Counted from the stretch's first letter, positions 1-10,282 are shown. The stretch: DNA of 64,000 nucleotides from a virus (IMGVR_UViG_3300045242_000006:33287-97286); one strand, 5' to 3'. Made by a program: numbers and translations. Notes: generated from the letters alone by a model not told the origin.

Positions 1-1157
1 TCAACAGTTGGAGCTGGAGAAGGAGCAAGACCACCAACGCGGATACCATCGTTAAGTTGAGCACGAATCTCAGCTTCGATGATAGCAGCACCAGCCGCTG
101 TGTAAGGGATTTTCTTGCTGTTAACCATACGGCTCCACAGACGTTCTTTCATACGCTGTTCTAGCCAGTCTACGAAGATCATAACGTCGATCCACTCACC
201 ACCAAACATCTTGGCACCAATAGTGCTGTTCAATCCACCAACAGTTTCGTAGGTAGTGCCAGCTTTGGTTTGGATGTTTTTAGATTCAGTATCAGACAGA
301 CTCGAAACAGTAACACCGCTAAGAGCTTTGTAGGCCCAAGTGTTAGAGCCCGGTTGTTCTTGTAGTTGGTAGCCAACCCAAGCCGCTTCAGGGTACTGAG
401 CATCAGCTGTGGCGCTGTATAGACCAAAGGTACGTTGATACCCAAGAGCTTGCAGTTTAGAGAACACATCTGTTGTTGCAGTTGTTTTGATTGTAGGGTC
501 TTGAGAAGAGGTAGCGAAAACTTTCTTCATACCTTCAATCTGACCAGCTACAGCAAGGATGTCTGCATCTACGTGGGATTCAATCATAACGGCATACCAA
601 GTGTTGTTCACTACGGTGATGGCATTGATTACGTCAACCCAAGATTCTGTCGATGGGGCGTTAGAGTAAGACATGTTTGCAGTGACTTTAAGAGAGTAGC
701 CAACAGCAGACGCAACAGTCAGAGTGCCGTCAAGGTTGTCAGTAACAGTCACACCAGTGATTGGAGTAACGTTATAGGCAGTCTTGATACCAGCAGCAAT
801 TGTAATGGTAGTTGGAGAACCTGTAGCAACATACGTGAACGGCACGTCATCGATTGTCAGTGTGTATGTCCCAGTGGTAGCGCTGCTGATGTTTACAGTA
901 GAGCTTGGAACCAGACGACGACCAATTACGATCTGAGCTGGTGTCAATGTTTGACCGAACAAACGTTGAGCAGCAATGTAAGCAGTGTCAGTTGGAGCAA
1001 AGTCATTTGCAACAGCAAGGAGACTAGAGTAAGAACGAGCACGTTCGGCAAACTTAGTGTGAGCAGAGACGAACAGAGGCACGTTGAAGTTTGTTTGAGC
1101 AACAGCAGCAGTTTCGCGGCTGATGTTGATTTCAATAATATCCGTAAGAACGGTCAT
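1..1157 (-). CDS. Tail sheath protein (DUF3383-like), 3' end outside window
   Basis: Open frame from ATG 1157 with AGGAG RBS: MTVLTDIIEINISRETAAVAQTNFNVPLF...QPGSNTWAYKALSGV...GEWIDVMIFVDWL...KIPYT. Not in the ORF track because it is truncated. Confidence 0.85.
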   Translation of the reverse strand, partial: MTVLTDIIEINISRETAAVAQTNFNVPLFVSAHTKFAERARSYSSLLAVANDFAPTDTAYIAAQRLFGQTLTPAQIVIGRRLVPSSTVNISSATTGTYTLTIDDVPFTYVATGSPTTITIAAGIKTAYNVTPITGVTVTDNLDGTLTVASAVGYSLKVTANMSYSNAPSTESWVDVINAITVVNNTWYAVMIESHVDADILAVAGQIEGMKKVFATSSQDPTIKTTATTDVFSKLQALGYQRTFGLYSATADAQYPEAAWVGYQLQEQPGSNTWAYKALSGVTVSSLSDTESKNIQTKAGTTYETVGGLNSTIGAKMFGGEWIDVMIFVDWLEQRMKERLWSRMVNSKKIPYTAAGAAIIEAEIRAQLNDGIRVGGLAPSPAPTV

Positions 1158-1167
1158 ACGTTATCTC

Positions 1168-1737
1168 CTAAATAGGTAGAGTGATTTCAAATTGAGTCGT
1201 GATTGTATAATCAGGTGGCTCGTTTGCATCGTGATAAACACCGTTGCCTTTGATAGCAGTGGTGTATTCTTGTTCTGTTGTAACAGACGCTGTGTACGCA
1301 AAGATGCAATCAAGTTGATAGATCATGTACATATCAGTTTCCCGTTTCAACGGTAGCCTACGCAACGTGGTTTTGTTGTAGAGGCTCAGCCTATTGCTAG
1401 CCTGTAACTCATAACCAGTTGGCGACCTCAACTCATATTGAAGCTGTTGTGCCATTTCGGCTACAGAGGTTTGATCATCGTATTTACCAATGAACTCAAA
1501 TCGAACAGTTGCTTCATTATCTTGAGTTGTAGTTTGAATCAGTTTCATTCCATCCTCCCCAATGGTTGGGACAGAACTATACTCACGGCCACATGGGTGC
1601 AGCTTCCTAACATCAATAACCATGTAAGGGTTTACTGGTTCAGCAGCGTTCGTATATGCAAACAGAATGTTCCAATCAGGATGCAATTCGCTCACAATGT
1701 TGTACAGAGAGTCTTCTAGGTCTTGATAAATATTCAT
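1168..1737 (-). CDS. Neck/tail terminator protein
   Basis: Lies between head-completion genes and sheath; start moved to MNIYQDL (TGATG coupling). Confidence 0.6.
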   Translation of the reverse strand: MNIYQDLEDSLYNIVSELHPDWNILFAYTNAAEPVNPYMVIDVRKLHPCGREYSSVPTIGEDGMKLIQTTTQDNEATVRFEFIGKYDDQTSVAEMAQQLQYELRSPTGYELQASNRLSLYNKTTLRRLPLKRETDMYMIYQLDCIFAYTASVTTEQEYTTAIKGNGVYHDANEPPDYTITTQFEITLPI

Positions 1738-2105
1738 CAGGTCAATTCCACTCTTGTGCACAGTGCTTTATAGTGGTTGAGGATTCCCATATCGTATTCA
1801 ATGACTTTCATAACTTCATACAGCTCACCTTTCCAGTAGAAACGATCAGCGGAATATCCGTTAACTCCTTCTTTCAGCTGTCTGATTTCAGCACCCTTGG
1901 AATACACTTTAAGTGTTGCACGTGAGCGGTCAGCTTCTGGAAGTAGGTAAGTGTCTGTGGATTTCAACACCGGTTGAACATTGCATTCAACAGGAACAAT
2001 ACTCTCAGCTCCGGGGCTTGGACGCCCACGAACGATTATCTCTGCTTCGCGGCGGATAATCTCAAGCGTTGTGTGCCCAGTTAGGAGCAATGGTGGATTT
2101 CTCAT
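1737..2105 (-). CDS. Head-tail adaptor/head closure protein
   Basis: 122 aa, NVQP...D.F.W.G..YEV pattern; synteny. Confidence 0.65.
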   Translation of the reverse strand: MRNPPLLLTGHTTLEIIRREAEIIVRGRPSPGAESIVPVECNVQPVLKSTDTYLLPEADRSRATLKVYSKGAEIRQLKEGVNGYSADRFYWKGELYEVMKVIEYDMGILNHYKALCTRVELT

Positions 2106-2115
2106 TTAACACTCC

Positions 2116-2580
2116 TTATGGGATGATTTCGAATTGAACCGATTGAAGCATCAAGCTTGTGTCGATTAGTGGTGTATCTCTTCCGCCTTTAGATTTAATT
2201 GTAGAGGCACTGTTACCTCCAGCAGCAGCGTACTGGTGGATACTATATCTCATCATTTCAGCAGATATCTCTCCGAGGGTTTTGAGTTCAGCCATAGGCG
2301 ACCCACCTTTTAATACCTTCTCAAAGATCTTAGCCATAGTCGATGCCATGAATAGTTGATTCGCTTTATCAGAGAATGTATCACTCATGAATGGTCGTTC
2401 TGGGTTGAAGCTAGTACCGAACTCGTTGTATGCAGCAACTGTAGCTACAGGCAAGTTATGATTCTCTGAGCCATATCGACTTTCTTCAAAGAAACCAACT
2501 TCGACTTCCATACCATTTAATTTGTCCAGCCTCTTTATGAGAGCTGGGATTTTTGTTTCGTACTTAATACTGAAGCCCAT
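2116..2580 (-). CDS. Tail completion/neck protein
   Basis: VAAYNEFGT...PERPFM...PLIDT motif typical of myophage neck proteins. Confidence 0.7.
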   Translation of the reverse strand: MGFSIKYETKIPALIKRLDKLNGMEVEVGFFEESRYGSENHNLPVATVAAYNEFGTSFNPERPFMSDTFSDKANQLFMASTMAKIFEKVLKGGSPMAELKTLGEISAEMMRYSIHQYAAAGGNSASTIKSKGGRDTPLIDTSLMLQSVQFEIIP

Positions 2581-3046
2581 GTCCACCACCTGTACTATGG
2601 CAATTCAACGTTTCATAGTTGTACTGCCAGTTACCACAGCCAAGGCGGAGGTGGTTACGTTCAGTGGCGATAATAACAGAATTATTATCAACGTTGATTC
2701 TGTTGGCGTGCATCTCTGATCTAGAGATACCACCAGCATAAGGCATAGCCGCACTGATTGCAGCGTTTGGATCTTTCAGCATCAGTCTCAAGGCTTCGTA
2801 GTAATGAGTGAAGATATCACCACCATATACTTCGATATCACCTGTACGTTCACGTGTGTAGCGAGACAGAGTAAACATCAAAGACCTTGCAGCATCTAGT
2901 GTTGCACGGTTTTCATTGCCTTTATATTTGTCGATGAAGTATTGATAATCTTCATCATGCAGCAGTTCCATATCAGGCCAGATATCACCAACGTTCAAAC
3001 GAACTCTGTCAGTGGCAGACCCTGATGGGTTATTTGAATATGGCAT
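2564..3046 (-). CDS. Head-tail connector protein
   Basis: DRVRLNVGD...L.DEDY motif; follows the major capsid gene. Confidence 0.65.
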   Translation of the reverse strand: MPYSNNPSGSATDRVRLNVGDIWPDMELLHDEDYQYFIDKYKGNENRATLDAARSLMFTLSRYTRERTGDIEVYGGDIFTHYYEALRLMLKDPNAAISAAMPYAGGISRSEMHANRINVDNNSVIIATERNHLRLGCGNWQYNYETLNCHSTGGGHGLQY

Positions 3047-3068
3047 TCTAGGCTCCTAAGCAAAGAAT

Positions 3069-3092
3069 GGGGAGCTGTGAAAAGCTCCCCAT
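3069..3092 (-). terminator. Intrinsic terminator after major capsid gene
   Basis: GGGGAGCT-TTTCAC-AGCTCCCC followed by ATTCTTT. Confidence 0.7.
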
Positions 3093-3097
3093 TTCAA

Positions 3098-4150
3098 TTA
3101 GGCACCAACGATGCCTTTGATAACCAACTGCGGACGACGCATAACGTTGAGGAAGTTGGACTCAGTTTGGATTTCGATCATCTGACCACGGTTATCACCG
3201 AACTCGAAAGCGTACAGCTCTTGACCTTGAGTGTTAACATAGTCGAAGTGATCTGCTGGACCGAAGTATTGAACGAAGTTATCACCCATATCGGTTGGCA
3301 GGAAGTAAGCTTCACCTGTTGGGATGTAGCGAACGCCTTCTGGAGACACACCACGGTATTCTACGTAGGTGATGTTACCGATTGTGAATTCACGGTAACG
3401 AGCATCGTAGCCCTTGGATTGCAGACGATCACGAAGGATCTGTGGAGACTGCTGGTAGGCCAGCCATAGAGCTTTAACGCTTGGGTGAGTGATCAGCTTG
3501 CTGAAGAACTCTGGAGAAGCGATAGCCCAGATATCACCACGAACGCTACCATCACGAGCGTTATCTTGCATTGCTGCGAAGACTAGTTCAGTTTTGGCGA
3601 TGATGTCGGTTGTAGCTGTGTTCAGTTCGAAGTCTACTACTACGCGAGACGCACCGAACTCAGTGTACCAGTCGTAGCTCACGTTGCCGTTAGGGGCGTA
3701 TGCTTGACCAGTTGTAATTGTGTGCCACAGAGCTGTTTCGTGAGTAGCAGCCCAAGACTTACGGATTACTTCAAGCTTACGTGCACGCACGGCAGCCAGA
3801 GTTTCCAGTTCATCTACACCGAATGCACGCTTACCTTGGATATCACGTGGAGTGATAGAAGCATCAAGTGTGAAGTGTGGAATGGAGAAGGCAGACATTT
3901 TGCGAGTTGGATCGCTAACTACGGTGTGACGAGCGCCACGGTGAACGTCTTTAATCAGACCGTAACCAGCTGTGATTTCTTCAATAGTGATTGTCTCTTG
4001 GTTTGTGGTATCTTTTTCGAAGATTCCCAGTTGTTCACCAAGGAACCAACTGTTAGGGACGATCAGCAATGGAGCCGACAGGTCTGTGTATTCATAGTTG
4101 TTGTTACCAAAACTACGAGTAGCCTGCTTAGCAAGTTGTACTTGAGACAT
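3098..4150 (-). CDS. Major capsid protein
   Basis: 350 aa, lambda-E-like; order portal-protease-scaffold-decoration-MCP. Confidence 0.9.
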   Translation of the reverse strand: MSQVQLAKQATRSFGNNNYEYTDLSAPLLIVPNSWFLGEQLGIFEKDTTNQETITIEEITAGYGLIKDVHRGARHTVVSDPTRKMSAFSIPHFTLDASITPRDIQGKRAFGVDELETLAAVRARKLEVIRKSWAATHETALWHTITTGQAYAPNGNVSYDWYTEFGASRVVVDFELNTATTDIIAKTELVFAAMQDNARDGSVRGDIWAIASPEFFSKLITHPSVKALWLAYQQSPQILRDRLQSKGYDARYREFTIGNITYVEYRGVSPEGVRYIPTGEAYFLPTDMGDNFVQYFGPADHFDYVNTQGQELYAFEFGDNRGQMIEIQTESNFLNVMRRPQLVIKGIVGA

Positions 4151-4175
4151 TAGTGTTCTCCTGTGTTATTGTGGA

Positions 4176-4553
4176 TTAGTAGGTAATCTGATCAACTGCG
4201 AAGATATTCTTCAGAGCCAGTTTATCAGTAGCGGTTTTACGTTGAGCGTCAGTAGTAACGTCAGATCCGAAAACCAATTTAGCCTTACCTACTTTCGCAT
4301 GACCACGGGCCAGCACCAATACTTTTGTGTATTCAGCAGCAGACGGACGAGTCAGGTCGTCGATAAGAATGTAAGTAGCGTCAGCCAGAGTAGCAGCAAC
4401 AACTAGAGCACCAGTGCTGTCAAGAACAGAACCTGTGATCGTTGCGTTTACAGCAGACTTCGCCAACACTTCACGTGTTACGCCAGTACCCGGTTCGTCT
4501 TCAAAGAACAACCAGTTACTCAGACGTTGTACATCAGCAGCATATTGTGCCAT
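4176..4553 (-). CDS. Head decoration protein
   Basis: 125 aa between scaffold and MCP; VLARG motif. Confidence 0.7.
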   Translation of the reverse strand: MAQYAADVQRLSNWLFFEDEPGTGVTREVLAKSAVNATITGSVLDSTGALVVAATLADATYILIDDLTRPSAAEYTKVLVLARGHAKVGKAKLVFGSDVTTDAQRKTATDKLALKNIFAVDQITY

Positions 4554-4577
4554 TATGTGTATCTCCTATAAGATAAA

Positions 4578-5531
4578 TTATTTAACGCCGTAACGGGCTT
4601 TAAGAATTGCAGTGGTACGATCAACTTCTTCTTTCGATTCAGCGCCTGCACCAGCAATACCGGTTTCAGTCATCAGGTCGGAATTATCAACGGCAGAAGC
4701 CATTGCTTTTAGCAGATCAACTTGGACACCAAACGATTCGTCATCAAGTGCGGCCAAAGATTTTAGAACAGCTTCCAGTTTTTCAGCAGGAACTTTTGCA
4801 GCTGTGAGTTCAGATTTACGAACTTCAACTTTAGCAGCAACAGCAATAGCTTCGAACTCGGCCAGTTTGTCGTGGGCAGCTTTCAACAGAACAGCCTGTT
4901 CAGCAAACGCGGCTTTCTCGATAGCAACAGCAGCATCAACTGCTTTAGTGATTTCTTCTTGCAATTTAATTACTCCAGAATGTTTGTGTTCGAACATTTT
5001 CTTCAAGTGTTCTACAGTGGAAGGGTTTGTTGTGCAGGACTTGACCAGTGTATAAACACCTTCTTCAAGTTTATCCTCTGCATCATCAGACAACATAATG
5101 TCGCCATTTGTTTCTGTATATGTTACAGAAGCTGTAACAGGAGTGGCGATGTCGCCAAGTGTTGCTACAGTCCCATTGTCGCTGATCTTATACGTTGCAA
5201 CGAACAAGCCGTCTTGCGTACAGAACACAACAGTAGTATCGTCAAAGTCTTCTACGTAAGCGTATTCATCCCAATCGTCGCCACCGAACTGATCAGTTAC
5301 AGCAGACTGGAGTACATTACGAATCTGGCCGTAGAAAGCAGCCTTTACGACATTACCCTCAAGGCCAAGACCTTCAAGAGCTTTTTCAATTGCTTCAGAC
5401 ATTTCAGCACTTTTCATAAGCAGAGAGATATTACGACCGTTGGCCGCACCACCTTGCAGTTCATTGTGTGTCATTGCCAGATGCGGGGTGACTTTTTCGT
5501 CGTCTTCAGATTTGATTACGAGTCCCATCAA
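4578..5531 (-). CDS. Capsid scaffolding protein
   Basis: Acidic, Ala/Glu/Lys-rich helical C-terminus; synteny. Confidence 0.65.
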   Translation of the reverse strand: MMGLVIKSEDDEKVTPHLAMTHNELQGGAANGRNISLLMKSAEMSEAIEKALEGLGLEGNVVKAAFYGQIRNVLQSAVTDQFGGDDWDEYAYVEDFDDTTVVFCTQDGLFVATYKISDNGTVATLGDIATPVTASVTYTETNGDIMLSDDAEDKLEEGVYTLVKSCTTNPSTVEHLKKMFEHKHSGVIKLQEEITKAVDAAVAIEKAAFAEQAVLLKAAHDKLAEFEAIAVAAKVEVRKSELTAAKVPAEKLEAVLKSLAALDDESFGVQVDLLKAMASAVDNSDLMTETGIAGAGAESKEEVDRTTAILKARYGVK

Positions 5532-6025
5532 TCTTCTCCGTCAAATGTTACGTTAGTGATTTCACCAGTCTCTTTGTCGATAGACCCTTTACCACCAATA
5601 CTGACACCACCAATCACACCCTCTTTCTTGAGTGTCCAGAGGTCTTCATCGTGATATTTAATCTTACAAACCCAAGCACCGGCTTTGATCTTCTCACCAG
5701 TTGCATCAACAACAACATCAAATTCTTTTTGAATCCATGTAGATTCAATGGTAAACTTGTCAGTGTTCTGCAAGTGAAATAGGTTGGATTGTACAATACC
5801 TTTCTCAAGGTTTACATTGAAGTTATCACAAGCAAGTTGCAATGTTTCTTCAGACATCCACTCACCGTGAGCATCCTTAACAAGAGGCTCATATACAATC
5901 TCATAACTAATCATTTCCTCAGTGACAACTTCAGGCTTTTCTTCCTGAGAGTTGTCACCAAAACTTTTAATGATCACGCTTGTAATCGCATTAGTTAGTG
6001 CATCCTTAATACTTTTCAGGTTCAT
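5528..6025 (-). CDS. Prohead protease (XkdF-like)
   Basis: VYEP..KDAHGEW, H, G.W, GVSIGG motifs. Confidence 0.8.
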   Translation of the reverse strand: MNLKSIKDALTNAITSVIIKSFGDNSQEEKPEVVTEEMISYEIVYEPLVKDAHGEWMSEETLQLACDNFNVNLEKGIVQSNLFHLQNTDKFTIESTWIQKEFDVVVDATGEKIKAGAWVCKIKYHDEDLWTLKKEGVIGGVSIGGKGSIDKETGEITNVTFDGED

Positions 6026-6034
6026 GATAACTCC

Positions 6035-7501
6035 TTATGCGTTATTTGCAGCAGCATTGTCTCTACCAGAAGCTGTCTTACTTGCACCATTACCACCACC
6101 TGCTGCCATTCCGTCACCTGCTTGGCTATCGCCTCCCATGATTTCTTTCTTGTCAACTGGTTCGTCGTCTTTCTTAGGTACAACTTTGATTGCTTCACGG
6201 ATCTTGTTCGCCATTGGACGGTCAAGCTCAAGAGCACCAACACTACCCATACGTTGAATAGCTTTAGAGAACTCATCCAAATCAACTTCGTCAAGATCAC
6301 CATACTGCAACTTAGGCAGTTCTTTTGCTGTCAGGATTTCTCCATTCAATGCAAAGAGTTGTGGGACAAGATCGTTGTTGAGTGTGTCTTGAATCTCTTT
6401 AAGGCGGGCTTCAATAGCCATCGCCATAATGTTTGTTTTAGCACCAGCTAGAGAGTAACTACCAACTTGATCTTGACCCATCTTCAACATATCAGCAAAC
6501 AGCACCATCAGGATTTTGTTATCCCAACGCTTAATGATTGTATCAGTGTCGTACATCTTCCCACCTTGGGTGGAAGTCAGTTCAAACTTGAAGAGAGGTT
6601 GACGGCTTTCTGGGTCGAAAGCTTGTGGCAAAATCAAACCAGATTGCTCGTTCATTTGGATGTTACGAATGACGTTCTTGTAATACTCAAAGATTGCCTT
6701 CTCAGAATCACTAGCGTCTTCGCTCATATAGCGTGGTGGGAGATACAAGGTTGGCATACCGTTCATGTCACGTGTGACACCAATAGCTTCTTGTTCTTCA
6801 ATCTGTCTACGGAAGAGCCAAGCATTGTAGCAACCACGAAGAGGGCTGTTGCCTTCTGGGTTGTCACGCTTTGCATCTACACGGAACAGCATAAACTTCT
6901 TACGTGGGATCTGGATAATACCATCAGAATTCAATGTGACGACATTCATGTAGCGGTCACCGTTCTGGATGCCCGCCAGATTCTGCTCACAGCCAATTAG
7001 GTCACGCCCGTCATCACTGAACACCCAGCGGGAGATTGTGTCCTGAGAGCGAACAGGGAGCTTCTTGATGCCAATCTTGTTGTCATTGTAAGAAGAGCCA
7101 GCATCAAAGGTACGACGACGATAAACCTTTTCATGAACAGAGAAGCCATATGTGTACATGCTTGTCACTTCACGAATGAAGTCTTCGAAGCTGTGGTCCA
7201 TGTCGTGGATAACAGACTCAAGGAATGCACCACGGGCTTTCATTGCTGCATCAGGCTCTACGCCCAGATCAACAGTCCAATCAACTCTTGCAATCATCAT
7301 CTCAACGAGAGAGATAGCAGCTTTGATTGTAGCGTCTTGTGCCATAGTGCGGAAGGTGTGACATGCTTGTGGGAATCGAAGCTCACGTCTGTTCTCTTCA
7401 GCAATAAAACCACTGTATTGTTTTAGTCCGACTGTCCCCATTTCTCCAAGACGAAGACGCGGCATCGGAGCAGCAACTTTCTCAACTTTTCTCTTAGCCA
7501 T
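6035..7501 (-). CDS. Portal protein
   Basis: 488 aa after TerL; YGFSVHEKVY and NPEGNSPLR motifs. Confidence 0.9.
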   Translation of the reverse strand: MAKRKVEKVAAPMPRLRLGEMGTVGLKQYSGFIAEENRRELRFPQACHTFRTMAQDATIKAAISLVEMMIARVDWTVDLGVEPDAAMKARGAFLESVIHDMDHSFEDFIREVTSMYTYGFSVHEKVYRRRTFDAGSSYNDNKIGIKKLPVRSQDTISRWVFSDDGRDLIGCEQNLAGIQNGDRYMNVVTLNSDGIIQIPRKKFMLFRVDAKRDNPEGNSPLRGCYNAWLFRRQIEEQEAIGVTRDMNGMPTLYLPPRYMSEDASDSEKAIFEYYKNVIRNIQMNEQSGLILPQAFDPESRQPLFKFELTSTQGGKMYDTDTIIKRWDNKILMVLFADMLKMGQDQVGSYSLAGAKTNIMAMAIEARLKEIQDTLNNDLVPQLFALNGEILTAKELPKLQYGDLDEVDLDEFSKAIQRMGSVGALELDRPMANKIREAIKVVPKKDDEPVDKKEIMGGDSQAGDGMAAGGGNGASKTASGRDNAAANNA

Positions 7502-7515
7502 TAATATCCGCCTTC

Positions 7516-8985
7516 TTATCTATAAAATGCAAATGGGTTTGCCTGTGTCATTACTGGGATGGAGAAGTCAGGAAGATATTGTTCAGAAGACAATGCATGG
7601 AATGCATCAGACGTGGCGTCTACTTGGTCATCTTTAATATTCTTGCTACCATCGAAACGTTCAAGTTCCATTAGATAGTCCTTAGTCCAGTCAGCCTCAA
7701 TAACCTCAACTGACCCAGCTTCACATGTTGCAGCGAAGGGAGCGAATCGAGTGACTTTGGATTTGTTTGTTTGTTTCATACGAGCATAGAAACCATGATC
7801 AGCCAAGTCACGAATGAGTTGAGCAGCATAAGCTTTACCGGCAGCACCGGGATCGCATGGAACGATAATTTGAACATCATCACCATCGTGTCTTGCAGTT
7901 TCAAGAATCATATCGAATACACCACCATGGCGGCGGCGATCACGAACAACATCTTCAACTGTAAAAATTCCCATCTTATTTCTGCTCATGAGAACACCAG
8001 CAGTCCAGTCAGGGTTACGATTGGTTTCAGATTCGACAGTGCCGCTGATATCCCATGCACGGACACGCTTAATAGAAGCAATGTCTCGTTGAGTTACCAT
8101 ATTGCACCAACTAGATTTGAAGTAGCCTGTGCCTTCAGCACGTGCTAACCAGCTTCCATATAGTAGACGTTCTTTCTCAACACGACCAAGACCTTCTAAC
8201 CAACCAACATATTCAGGTTGAGCATTACAAAGGATTGGGTTATCGTAAACGTTGGCTGCAATGAATTTGAAGCTGAGGGGTTTAACTTGGTTCTTATGAT
8301 CTATAGATAGATGCGGCTTACCATACTTCTCAATCAGTTCCTCTCTCGACTCACCCCACATCATCTTACCATCTTGTTTCAGGAAGTAGCGCATAACACC
8401 ATCACGTTCAGGAATAGGAATTCCTGTTTCTGGGTCAAGCCACCAATCCAACCAATGACGTAGGAAACTACCATAGTCAGGGTTACAAGTGATTTTCATA
8501 TGAGGTTTAACTTCAGGACATTTAGGATTACGCATACGAGAAGTGAGGTATTCAACCATCATCTCTTCGAACTGTTGTCCCTCGTCCACGAGGAATTGAC
8601 TTACTTCCCAACCCTGAAAGTTTTCTTGGTCTTTTGGGTTTTCGAAGTGACGGAGATAAATCTTAGCTCCGTTAGAGAAGGCGAAGTGGTGTTCTTTATC
8701 ACGCCATCTTACCTTTGGATCAATGAGCTTAAAGAGTTCTTCGGCTTTCTCTTGGAGTCCGCCCGGACCTTTAAGTTGTGGTGTAGTACGTCTTACCATA
8801 CAACCACGGAATTTTGGATATTGGACATGTTTAAGGAAGTCCATAACTCCTAAGTAACTTTTACCAGCTCCAGCAGCTCCACCAAATACTGTGATGTCCG
8901 CTTCGCTGTGCATGAAGTCATATTGTTTCTGCGACTTTGGCCCGATAACGTTAGGGTCCAAGTCAAAGACCATATCGTCAGCCAT
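7516..8985 (-). CDS. terL: Terminase large subunit
   Basis: Walker A GGAAGAGKS, VDE, TCNP, nuclease DDQVDA; start moved to MADDMVF (GAGG RBS). Confidence 0.95.
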   Translation of the reverse strand: MADDMVFDLDPNVIGPKSQKQYDFMHSEADITVFGGAAGAGKSYLGVMDFLKHVQYPKFRGCMVRRTTPQLKGPGGLQEKAEELFKLIDPKVRWRDKEHHFAFSNGAKIYLRHFENPKDQENFQGWEVSQFLVDEGQQFEEMMVEYLTSRMRNPKCPEVKPHMKITCNPDYGSFLRHWLDWWLDPETGIPIPERDGVMRYFLKQDGKMMWGESREELIEKYGKPHLSIDHKNQVKPLSFKFIAANVYDNPILCNAQPEYVGWLEGLGRVEKERLLYGSWLARAEGTGYFKSSWCNMVTQRDIASIKRVRAWDISGTVESETNRNPDWTAGVLMSRNKMGIFTVEDVVRDRRRHGGVFDMILETARHDGDDVQIIVPCDPGAAGKAYAAQLIRDLADHGFYARMKQTNKSKVTRFAPFAATCEAGSVEVIEADWTKDYLMELERFDGSKNIKDDQVDATSDAFHALSSEQYLPDFSIPVMTQANPFAFYR

Positions 8986-9073
8986 TGCCTGTCCTCGTTT
9001 TAAATAAGAGAAAGGGCGTGGCCGAAGCCACATCCCTGTTTTTCTATCTAGAGAATTGCTCTCTGTGTATATT

Positions 9074-9101
9074 ATTGTACATCGGAATTGTCAGTTGTCA
9101 A
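9074..9101 (-). promoter_or_regulatory. sigma70-type promoter upstream of terL
   Basis: TTGACA-N16-TACAAT. Confidence 0.65.
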
Positions 9102-9132
9102 CCCTTTAGCATACATTTATTAAAAATAGATG

Positions 9133-9351
9133 TCAAGCTTTTAGTGCAGCAATAATTGCGTTAATTGCGACCTTGTTAGCGTTAGCCAAAGCTTCTGCTG
9201 TAGGAAGGTCTGTAGCGTTTGGCGTAGTTACCAAAGCAAGTGCGGAAACGGCTGTAGCTTGAGCAGGAGACGGTTGTAGCAATCCTGCAACGATCCCTTC
9301 GATAAGACCAAGTTGAGCTGCCAGACGGTATTGTTGATCAATAGTAAGCAT
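9133..9351 (-). CDS. Small head-fibre-like protein
   Basis: C-terminal ATDLPTA.ALANANKVAINAIIAALKA is typical of head fibre proteins. Confidence 0.5.
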   Translation of the reverse strand: MLTIDQQYRLAAQLGLIEGIVAGLLQPSPAQATAVSALALVTTPNATDLPTAEALANANKVAINAIIAALKA

Positions 9352-9404
9352 TTAAGTTTTCCTTCTAATTAGGATAGGTGGGATTGGGATTAAATTACAG
9401 AAAC

Positions 9405-9427
9405 AGGAAAACCCTCAAAGAGAGGGT
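9405..9427 (-). terminator. Terminator closing the tRNA operon
   Basis: ACCCTC-TCTTT-GAGGGT followed by TTTCCTGTTT. Confidence 0.6.
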
Positions 9428-9493
9428 CATCATGACAAGACAGACTGCAATGATTGCACGTAGCAATGTCTGAGTGGGTCAGTCGTCTGTGTT

Positions 9494-9567
9494 TGGTCGC
9501 CTTCGTGGAGTTGCACCACATCTTCCGCAGCTTATCCACGGAGCTTTACTGTTTAAGCTATAGGGCG
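9494..9567 (-). ncRNA. Atypical tRNA-like RNA (loop GAUAAGC, T-loop UGCAACU, ends ACCA)
   Basis: Acceptor, D, anticodon and T stems pair, but U33 and the TTC motif are missing. Confidence 0.55.
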
Positions 9568-9572
9568 TTATT

Positions 9573-9647
9573 TGGAGCGGATAGGGAATTTCGAAATCCC
9601 GACGAACAGCTTGGAAGGCTGACACTCTGCCTCTGAGTTATACCCGC
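9573..9647 (-). tRNA. tRNA-Gly(TCC)
   Basis: GCGGGTATAACTCAG...CTTCCAA...TCCA. Confidence 0.9.
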
Positions 9648-9654
9648 TTTAATT

Positions 9655-9743
9655 TGGTGCCCCTAGTGAGATTCGAACTCACAACACCTTCCGGCGTGCT
9701 GGCTTCTAAGACCAGTGCGTACTGCCAATACCGCCACAGGGGC
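9655..9743 (-). tRNA. tRNA-Leu(TAG)
   Basis: Loop CTTAGAA, long variable arm, ACCA. Confidence 0.9.
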
Positions 9744-9753
9744 AAAACTTTTT

Positions 9754-9826
9754 TGGTGTGAGGCTGGGTACTGACCCCAATCCTTCGTTTCACAGACGAA
9801 GTTCCTAACCATCGAACTACCTCACC
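9754..9826 (-). tRNA. tRNA-His(GTG), degenerate T arm
   Basis: TTCGT-CTGTGAA-ACGAA; ends CCA. Confidence 0.7.
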
Positions 9827-9835
9827 ATTGTTTCT

Positions 9836-9985
9836 TTAAATCCATTCTTCTTCAGAGTGAATTTCTTCAAGTGCTTCTTTGAGGGTCTGTTTATCTAGAC
9901 TCCTCTCTTTAAAGTAAACCCTTTCACAACAACCACAAGGCATCACAGCAAACTTCTTCTTGGTTTGTTTTACTCGGACTTTCAT
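9836..9985 (-). CDS. Small 49-aa protein (MKVRVKQTKKKFAVMPCGCCERVYF...)
   Basis: AGGAG RBS; fills the gap between tRNA-Ala and tRNA-His. Confidence 0.6.
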   Translation of the reverse strand: MKVRVKQTKKKFAVMPCGCCERVYFKERSLDKQTLKEALEEIHSEEEWI

Positions 9986-10003
9986 TTCTACACTCCTATA
10001 ATT

Positions 10004-10077
10004 TGGTGGACCGTCAGGGAGTCAAACCCTGCCTTTCGCCGTGCAAGGGCGACGAACTATCGAAATTCTTACAGCCC
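10004..10077 (-). tRNA. tRNA-Ala(TGC)
   Basis: TCGCC-CTTGCAC-GGCGA, G3:U70, ACCA. Confidence 0.85.
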
Positions 10078-10186
10078 ATTATCGCGTCTACTGCCAGATG
10101 TTCCACTCCTACGCCGTAAGTGGTCGTGCTTGTGGCTGGAACGATAAGCTTGGGTATAAGCCCATATGCCACCTTTACAGTAAAAT

Positions 10187-10260
10187 TGGTCACTCGGGGT
10201 GGAGTCGAACCACCGCCACTTCGTTCCAAACAAAGTACGCTACCGTAACGCTTCCGAGAG
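10187..10260 (-). tRNA. tRNA-Pro(TGG)
   Basis: Loop TTTGGAA, GTTCGAC, ACCA. Confidence 0.88.
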
Positions 10261-10282
10261 ATAAATCATTTACATCTTAAAT

